From the IMG/VR virus record IMGVR_UViG_3300045988_097988: a stretch of 50,875 bases of DNA, one strand, 5' to 3'. The notes under the pieces are model-generated. The model was given only the letters and a program-made list of their open reading frames with translations, had not been told where the DNA came from and ran no database searches. Positions 17,642 to 22,246 of this stretch are shown in pieces. The DNA comes from a virus. A program made the position numbers and the translations under genes. The first letter of the stretch is position 1, and every line of letters begins with the position of its first letter.

Positions 17642-18175
17642 ATGATGAGAGTATGGAGGGCCGGAGAGTCCGAGGAACAGGCCCATAATATCCTTGAGGC
17701 GAAGATATGGTTTCAGATGTGCCGCGAGATGGCCGACGCTGTAGAAAACCAGCGCGGCAAACTCTCCCGTTGGATAGACGCTGCGACCCGTATCACCCAG
17801 AACCTCAGTGGTATGCCGGGCGGTGGAGGCGACCACGGGGACAAAATCGCCGAGGCCGTGACCCGCAAAGACACCGAAGCCCGCAGGCTTGAGGTCATGG
17901 AGGATGAGCTGAAGAAACGCCGTGCCGAGGGCGTGACCCGTATCTTTTGCATCGTCTCCGCCGAGGACAAGGGTAGCATCAGTCGGGCCGATTACATCCG
18001 CAGCTATTATATCGACTGCGAGGCAAAGGACGCCGAGGGCCACTTTAAGCTCAAGACCTACGAGGACGTGGCCGCTGAGTATGGGGTATCTGTATCCAGC
18101 GTGGCAAGCGGCCTCAAGCGCGGACTGGAAGCCTTGGCCGAGATTTGGCCCGACATCGCAAAGGATTGTGCGTAA
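17642..18175 (+). CDS. Sigma-70 region-4-type transcriptional activator (ArpU/RinA/DUF1492-like late regulator)
   Basis: The C-terminal segment TYEDVAAEYGVSVSSVASGLKRGLEALAEIW is a region 4.2-like HTH. It is the last early gene before the late region. Confidence 0.6.
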   Translation: MMRVWRAGESEEQAHNILEAKIWFQMCREMADAVENQRGKLSRWIDAATRITQNLSGMPGGGGDHGDKIAEAVTRKDTEARRLEVMEDELKKRRAEGVTRIFCIVSAEDKGSISRADYIRSYYIDCEAKDAEGHFKLKTYEDVAAEYGVSVSSVASGLKRGLEALAEIWPDIAKDCA

Positions 18176-18224
18176 TGTACAAAATGCTCAAAATACGGCC
18201 CGGTTTTTCTACACGGCCCTGTAT

Positions 18225-18256
18225 TGTCGTTGTAGTGTCGTTGTATTGACGTTGCA
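18225..18256 (+). repeat. Three 11-bp-phased direct repeats TG(T/A)CGTTG(T/C)A
   Basis: TGTCGTTGTA at 18225..18234 and 18236..18245, and TGACGTTGCA at 18247..18256. The last overlaps a -35 TTGACG. Confidence 0.6.
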
Positions 18257-18275
18257 ACTAGCTATAAGCTAAAAT
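18246..18275 (+). promoter_or_regulatory. Candidate promoter for the non-coding RNA region
   Basis: TTGACG (18246..18251), 18-nt spacer, TAAAAT (18270..18275). Confidence 0.45.
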
Positions 18276-18388
18276 GCTACCAGCGCAACCGCGCCACGCG
18301 GCCACGCGCTAAAGCGAGAGAGGCACATCCGGCAGGGCCTGTAATGAAGTCGGCAGGCCCCGTCCCTCCACCTCCTCTCCCGTTGTAT

Positions 18389-18433
18389 AACAGCCCTCGC
18401 AAGGTTTAGGCCCCTTGAGAGCGGCTGTTTTTA
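18389..18433 (+). terminator. Long hairpin plus T-run, either an intrinsic terminator or a structural helix of the larger RNA
   Basis: AACAGCCCTCGCAAGG ... CCTTGAGAGCGGCTGTT followed by TTTTT. Confidence 0.45.
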
Positions 18434-18434
18434 T

Positions 18435-18506
18435 GCAGACGTATGAAATGACGGCGTGAGCAGCAGGCATAACGCCGAGGTGGTTTGATTCCGCCCGTTT
18501 GCACCA
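18435..18506 (+). ncRNA. tRNA-like module with a canonical acceptor/T-arm and encoded CCA but no D-arm
   Basis: The acceptor is GCAGACG/CGTTTGC (G4-U69). The T-arm is GGTGG-TTTGATT-CCGCC. The discriminator is A, followed by CCA. The anticodon stem CGGCG/CGCCG has a 16-nt loop, and only 10 nt stand in place of the D-arm. Confidence 0.4.
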
Positions 18507-18746
18507 AGCCGCCGCCAACCCCGCAAGGCGGCTATACTATACGCATGGCCCCATCAGCCACCGGGAGCTTAAATATTCCTTTCCTTTCGACCCTCTCTGA
18601 AAGTTACTCTGCATTTTCTCCTCCTCACGGCATATCCCAGACGGAGGCCCCGGAACGCCGGGCGGTTCGTGTTTTCCGCCAGCGTGTGCGTTAGAATCCC
18701 CCAAACCCCTTGACGCGCCCGACCAACGCGGCAAGGGGGACTATAA

Positions 18747-18880
18747 GCCGTTGTAGCTCAAGTAGAGCGGTGGGCATTTAACCCACGTCACATTGACGAT
18801 ACGCAAGAGCGGCCCCGCCCGGCCTGTCCCCGGGACGGATTGAAACTCTTGTGGTGCTGGTTCGAGTCCAGCCATCGGCT
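18747..18880 (+). ncRNA. Aberrant tRNA-like gene with a 69-nt structured insertion at the variable-arm position
   Basis: The acceptor GCCGTTG/CATCGGC has one T-T mismatch. The D-stem is GCTC/GAGC with a 5-nt loop. The anticodon stem GTGGG/CCCAC has loop CATTTAA (A at position 33, central UUU). The 18787..18855 insert folds as CAAGAG...CCCGG-loop-CCGGG...CTCTTG. The T-arm is GCTGG-TTCGAGT-CCAGC. No CCA is encoded. Confidence 0.45.
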
Positions 18881-18888
18881 CTTTATAT

Positions 18889-18954
18889 GCCGCCTAGCGC
18901 AATTTGGAGCGCGCTCGTGGGAGTAGCCACGGGAGGTTCGATTCCGATGGCGGT
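18889..18954 (+). ncRNA. Degenerate tRNA-like element (pseudo-tRNA?)
   Basis: GCCGCC/GGCGG(T) acceptor-like pairing, a GCGC/GCGC D-stem, a 7-bp stem CTCGTGG/CCACGGG with the 6-nt loop GAGTAG, and a TTCGATT T-loop with a poor T-stem. It is only 66 nt long. Confidence 0.3.
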
Positions 18955-18959
18955 TTTAT

Positions 18960-19035
18960 ACTCGGGTAGCTCAACAGGCAGAGCGGCGGTCTCCAAAACC
19001 GCAGGCTGGTGGTTCGATTCCATCCCTGAGTGCCA
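18960..19035 (+). tRNA. tRNA-Trp (anticodon CCA), phage-encoded
   Basis: Canonical cloverleaf. The acceptor is ACTCGGG/CCTGAGT. The D-arm is GCTC-AACAGGCA-GAGC. The anticodon arm is GCGGT-CTCCAAA-ACCGC. The variable loop is AGGCT. The T-arm is GGTGG-TTCGATT-CCATC. The discriminator is G, and CCA is encoded. Confidence 0.9.
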
Positions 19036-19072
19036 AGCAAAAAATATTCATATTCACGACGAAATTTCACCG

Positions 19073-19115
19073 AAAAGGCTGGACATTATACTCTAAACAA
19101 AGTATAGTAATAGCG
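19073..19115 (+). promoter_or_regulatory. Promoter/operator cassette, near-identical to 49458..49500
   Basis: TGGACA (19080..19085), 17-nt spacer, TATAGT (19103..19108). The operator TATACTC-N6-AAGTATA (19087..19106) lies in the spacer. 40 of 43 nt are identical to the 49.46-kb copy. Confidence 0.7.
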
Positions 19116-19156
19116 TAAGGAAAAGCCGAAAGGCTTGTAAGAAAGGAAGCGAGGAT

Positions 19157-19273
19157 ATGAATTTGAACGTAAGTGAAGCATTACTCAGAGCTATTTTGGA
19201 GCTTATCGACAAATGCGACACGCTTGAAGAGCTGCGCGAGAGCGTCAAGCGTATCGTCGGAGAAGATAAGTAA
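19157..19273 (+). CDS. Small ORF (38 aa), possibly a minimal ribbon-helix-helix protein
   Basis: MNLNVSEALLRAILELIDKCDTLEELRESVKRIVGEDK. The RBS is GCGAGGA. Its position matches that of the RHH genes in the 47-kb cassettes. Confidence 0.4.
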   Translation: MNLNVSEALLRAILELIDKCDTLEELRESVKRIVGEDK

Positions 19274-19356
19274 AAAAATTAGACCCCCCGCAAAGCCTGG
19301 CAAGCACCGGGGAGTCTAACGCCAAAATAGAGCCGCCCGGAAGCCTTACTCCGAGC
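19272..19356 (-). ncRNA. Candidate convergent small RNA (about 85 nt)
   Basis: It is bracketed by the minus-strand promoter at 19363..19391 and a minus-strand intrinsic terminator (GACTCCCCG...CGGGGGGTC plus TAATTTTTTT, plus-strand coordinates 19272..19316). It has a 5' hairpin CCGCTCGG...CCGGGCGG and contains no ORF. Confidence 0.5.
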
Positions 19357-19362
19357 GGTTTT

Positions 19363-19391
19363 ATTATACTATTTTTTCGGTAGCATTTCAA
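19363..19391 (-). promoter_or_regulatory. Minus-strand promoter TTGAAA-17-TATAAT
   Basis: On the plus strand, ATTATA is at 19363..19368 and TTTCAA at 19386..19391, with exact 17-nt spacing. Confidence 0.55.
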
Positions 19392-19418
19392 GCAGTCACA
19401 CAAAGTGGCTGCTTTTTT
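19391..19418 (+). terminator. Rho-independent terminator overlapping the -35 of the antisense promoter
   Basis: AGCAGTCAC / GTGGCTGCT stem (9 bp, one G-U), 5-nt loop, TTTTTT. Confidence 0.65.
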
Positions 19419-19446
19419 ATTTGCCGGAAGTTGGAGGAAAAGAACG

Positions 19447-19935
19447 ATGATTAGCAAAGAGCTGCTCAAGATGGCCGTCGCCGACCTAAAACCTTACGAA
19501 AACAACCCGCGCGTCATCTCCCCGGAGGCCGTCAACGCCTGCGCGGAGAGTATAAAGCAGTGCGGCTCCCTCGACCCTATCGAGGTGGACGAAAACAATG
19601 TCATCCTCAGCGGCCACACCCGCCGCCTCGCCTTGATGCAGCTCCACGTTGAGACCGCCGACGTCGTAAGGTACACGGGCCTGACCGACGAGCAGAAACA
19701 GAAATACCGCCTGCTGGCCAACAAAACGGGAGAGTTCACGGGCTGGGATTTCTCCAAGCTTGAGCGGGAGCTGAAAGAGGTCGATTTTGGGGATTTTGAC
19801 TTTGATTTTGACGGCGACATCCCCGACCCGACAGCCTCCGGCGCAGCGGAAGAGACCGCCCCGGACAGCTTCAAGGAGTACGACGAGGACATCAAGACCG
19901 AGCATAAATGCCCCGCTTGCGGGTACGAGTGGTGA
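19447..19935 (+). CDS. ParB-like nuclease-domain protein with a C-terminal zinc ribbon
   Basis: LKPYENNPRVISPEAV...IEVDENNVILSGHTRRLAL is the ParB N-terminal domain signature. The C-terminus is CPACGYEW. ATG at 19447 follows GGAGGAAAAG. Confidence 0.7.
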   Translation: MISKELLKMAVADLKPYENNPRVISPEAVNACAESIKQCGSLDPIEVDENNVILSGHTRRLALMQLHVETADVVRYTGLTDEQKQKYRLLANKTGEFTGWDFSKLERELKEVDFGDFDFDFDGDIPDPTASGAAEETAPDSFKEYDEDIKTEHKCPACGYEW

Positions 19936-19939
19936 AGAT

Positions 19940-21037
19940 ATGAGTGAGTATAAAATACCCTCTATGCGAGAGATAGAGGCCCTGCCGTGGAACGGCTACA
20001 AGGTCGTTTCGACATTCAGCGGCGGTGGCGGCTCATGTTTAGGATACCGCATGGCCGGGTATCACGTCATATACGCCAACGAGTTCGTGGAGGAGGCCCA
20101 GAAGACCTACCGCCTGAACCACCCGGACGCCTACCTTGACACGCGGGACATCCGCACCGTGACCCCGGAGAGCATTCTGGAAATCACCGGGATGAAAAAG
20201 GGAGAGCTTGACCTGTTCGACGGTTCGCCGCCTTGCTGTGCATTCTCTACCGCCGGAAGCCGGGAGAAAGGCTGGGGCAAGCAGCGGGCCTATTCTGACG
20301 GCAAGACCCAGCGCGTGGATGACCTCTTTTTCGAGTACATCCGCATTTTGGACGGCTTGCAGCCCAAGGCGTTCATCGCTGAGAACGTCTCCGGCCTTAT
20401 CAAGGGGACGGCGAAAGGATACTTTAAGCGTATCATGGCCGCCATGAAAGCCTGCGGGTATACCGTCAAGGCCGCGCTTATCAATGCCCAGTATTGCGGA
20501 GTACCGCAGAACCGGGAGCGCGTCATTTTCATGGGTGTGAGAAACGACCTCGGCCTTTCGCCCGTATATCCCGTGCCGAACCTGCCTGTTATCTCCCTCG
20601 GTGAAGCCCTTGACGGCGTAGTGAATGACCCGCGAGAGGTCGAGATGCTCAAGGCCAACGCCCGGAAATACCGCTGGGGCGACGTCCTGAGAAAGATACC
20701 TCCCGACCCGGACAAGCCCGTCAGCGGCTCTGCCGTAATGAACGGGAGCTATTTTAATCTGGTGCGGGAGTCGTTGTACTACCCGTGCAGCACCATTACC
20801 GCGAGCGGCGGCGGTACGTCGATAGCCGCCATGTGTCATCCGACCGAAAACCGCAAGTTTACTATCCCTGAGCTGAAACGTATTACAAGCCTGCCGGATG
20901 ATTTCATCCTGACGGGAGAGTTTGAGCAGCGGTGGGAACGCGCCGGGCGCATGGTGCCGCCTTTGATGATGAAAGCCATTTCGGAGACCTTGAGAGAGGA
21001 GGTGCTGGACAAGTGCCGGAAAAACGCGACAACTTAA
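19940..21037 (+). CDS. DNA (cytosine-5) methyltransferase-family enzyme with Arg replacing the conserved motif X Asn
   Basis: Motifs present are I (FSGGGGS), IV (SPPCCAFS), VI (AENVSG), VIII (QNRERV) and IX (RKFTIPELKRITSLPDDF). Motif X reads AGRMVPP instead of the canonical GN(A/S)VPP. The Arg codon CGC is at 20948..20950. Confidence 0.85.
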   Translation: MSEYKIPSMREIEALPWNGYKVVSTFSGGGGSCLGYRMAGYHVIYANEFVEEAQKTYRLNHPDAYLDTRDIRTVTPESILEITGMKKGELDLFDGSPPCCAFSTAGSREKGWGKQRAYSDGKTQRVDDLFFEYIRILDGLQPKAFIAENVSGLIKGTAKGYFKRIMAAMKACGYTVKAALINAQYCGVPQNRERVIFMGVRNDLGLSPVYPVPNLPVISLGEALDGVVNDPREVEMLKANARKYRWGDVLRKIPPDPDKPVSGSAVMNGSYFNLVRESLYYPCSTITASGGGTSIAAMCHPTENRKFTIPELKRITSLPDDFILTGEFEQRWERAGRMVPPLMMKAISETLREEVLDKCRKNATT

Positions 21038-21060
21038 AGCCGAGTGGGACGTGGAGATTT
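21033..21060 (+). repeat. 28-bp perfect direct repeat, copy 1 (spans the MTase stop codon and the cmoA N-terminus)
   Basis: CTTAAAGCCGAGTGGGACGTGGAGATTT is identical to 21619..21646. Confidence 0.9.
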
Positions 21061-21618
21061 GACAAGCAGGTTGCAGACTGCTTCGAGGATATGTTGAGCC
21101 GCTCTATCCCGGATTATCCCGTAATGAGAAACCTCGTGTACAGATTCGGCAGCAGAGTCTTGCGCGGCAGGCCCGCGCCTACCGTGGTAGACCTTGGATG
21201 CTCCAACGGCTTGGCCGTCCAGCGTTTCGCTGAGACGTTCCCGGATGCTCATTTCATCTTGAGGGACGTCTCGGAGGATATGGTACAGGCCGCGCGGGAG
21301 AGATACCCCGACGAAAGCCGTTTTGACATCGCCTGCGCCAACATCGCCGACGCCTACCCACTCTGTATGGCAGACCTTTGCCTTTTGGTATTGACCTTGC
21401 AGTTTACCCCGGTAGAGGAGCGGTAGGCCATCCTGCAAAAGGTATACCGCCGCATGAGGCCCGGCGGCGCACTCATTTTGGTGGAAAAGGTACTCGGGGA
21501 CGGCCAGAAAGCCGAGGAAGAGCTTACCGCCATCTACTACGACCTCAAAGAGGAACACAACTACACGCGGGAGCAGATAGCAGCAAAACGCCTCTCCCTG
21601 CGTCACGTCATGGAGCCG

Positions 21619-21646
21619 CTTAAAGCCGAGTGGGACGTGGAGATTT
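21619..21646 (+). repeat. 28-bp perfect direct repeat, copy 2 (cmoA C-terminal region, read in a different frame)
   Basis: Identical to 21033..21060. It is translated LKAEWDVEI here and LKPSGTWRF in copy 1. Confidence 0.9.
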
Positions 21647-21742
21647 TGCGCAAGGCGGGATTCTCTCACGTTTTCCAGTTCTGGCAGTGTCTGAATTTTT
21701 GCGGCTGGATTGCTTATAAGGACTGAAAGGGAGTGAGCAGCG

Positions 21743-22246
21743 ATTGGCCGCAAGGGTAAGTTTGAGCAGTGGCTAGAACCTGAGGGGCTAACGCTGCTGA
21801 GAGGATGGGCGCGGGACGGATTGACCAACGAGCAAATAGCTCAAAACATGGGAGTCCACCGCGATACCCTAGCGGAGTGGCGGAAGCGATTTTCCGTCAT
21901 TTCCGACGCTCTAAAAAGTGGGCGGGAAAATGCCGACTATGCAGTCGAAAATGAGCTGTTCCAGAGCTGCCATACTCGCACCGTGACCGTCAAAAAGCCT
22001 ATCAAGGTAAAGACAGTGAAGCAGGACGGGAAGAAAAAGATAGAGGAGGAAAAGGTCGTGTATGCTGAGGAGCAGGTCGTTGTACCTGCCAACGTCACGG
22101 CTCAAATCTTCTGGCTCAAAAACCGCCGAGCGGACAAATGGAAAGACAAGCCGGAGGCAGTCGAGACGCAGGCCACGCTTGCGGATACCATTCAGGCCGC
22201 CTACGACCGCCGCAAAACAAAAGAAAAGAACGGGGGTGACGGCTGA
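21743..22246 (+). CDS. terS: Terminase small subunit, probable ATT start
   Basis: The conserved TerS N-terminus (I)GRKGKFEQWLEPEGLTLLRGWARDGLTNEQIAQNMGV lies upstream of the first canonical start (TTG at 21821). The frame opens at 21737. ATT at 21743 is 9 nt after AAAGGGAG. Confidence 0.7.
   Translation: MGRKGKFEQWLEPEGLTLLRGWARDGLTNEQIAQNMGVHRDTLAEWRKRFSVISDALKSGRENADYAVENELFQSCHTRTVTVKKPIKVKTVKQDGKKKIEEEKVVYAEEQVVVPANVTAQIFWLKNRRADKWKDKPEAVETQATLADTIQAAYDRRKTKEKNGGDG

Larger units (their letters stand above)
18282..18746 (+). ncRNA. ORF-free, GC-rich, stem-rich region: candidate large structured ncRNA(s), ROOL/GOLLD-like context
   Basis: There is no credible ORF on either strand. Many local hairpins are visible, at 18284..18312, 18389..18429, 18507..18533, 18648..18661 and 18703..18739. 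Polypyrimidine tracts could pair with the GAGAGAGG tract. tRNA genes follow directly, inside a prophage. Confidence 0.4.
21013..21726 (+). pseudogene. cmoA: CmoA-like carboxy-S-adenosylmethionine synthase, interrupted by a single in-frame TAG (21424..21426)
   Basis: It is collinear with E. coli CmoA as recalled from memory: WRFDKQVADCFEDMLSRSIPDY, VVDLGCSNG, LTLQF, RPGGALILVEK, EQIAAKRLSLRHVM, FQFWQCLNFCGW. The two ORF-track pieces (20932..21426 and 21454..21726) are in the same frame. The TAG sits where CmoA has Gln. The putative GTG start at 21013 follows AGGAGG. Confidence 0.7.

Noticed and set aside
18225-18256. Short tandem repeats, iterons or operator arrays as a possible CRISPR array.
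   Set aside because: The repeat units are 9-20 bp with no unique spacers of 25-40 bp, and there are at most 3-4 copies. No CRISPR-like array exists anywhere in the window.
18282-18506. Possible phage tmRNA, because a tRNA-like 3' end (T-arm, acceptor, A, CCA) ends at 18506.
   Set aside because: The best 5' partner for the acceptor strand is only 72 nt upstream (18435). There is no G3-U70 pair, no plausible tag reading frame with a resume codon and double stop, and no pseudoknot-rich body of the expected size.
18747-18954. An amber suppressor tRNA that could read the TAG in the cmoA-like gene.
   Set aside because: None of the tRNA-like elements has a CUA anticodon preceded by U33. Their loops read CATTTAA and GAGTAG. 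On the opposite strand, CTACTC contains CTA but lies in a non-canonical 6-nt loop. The only canonical tRNA is Trp(CCA).
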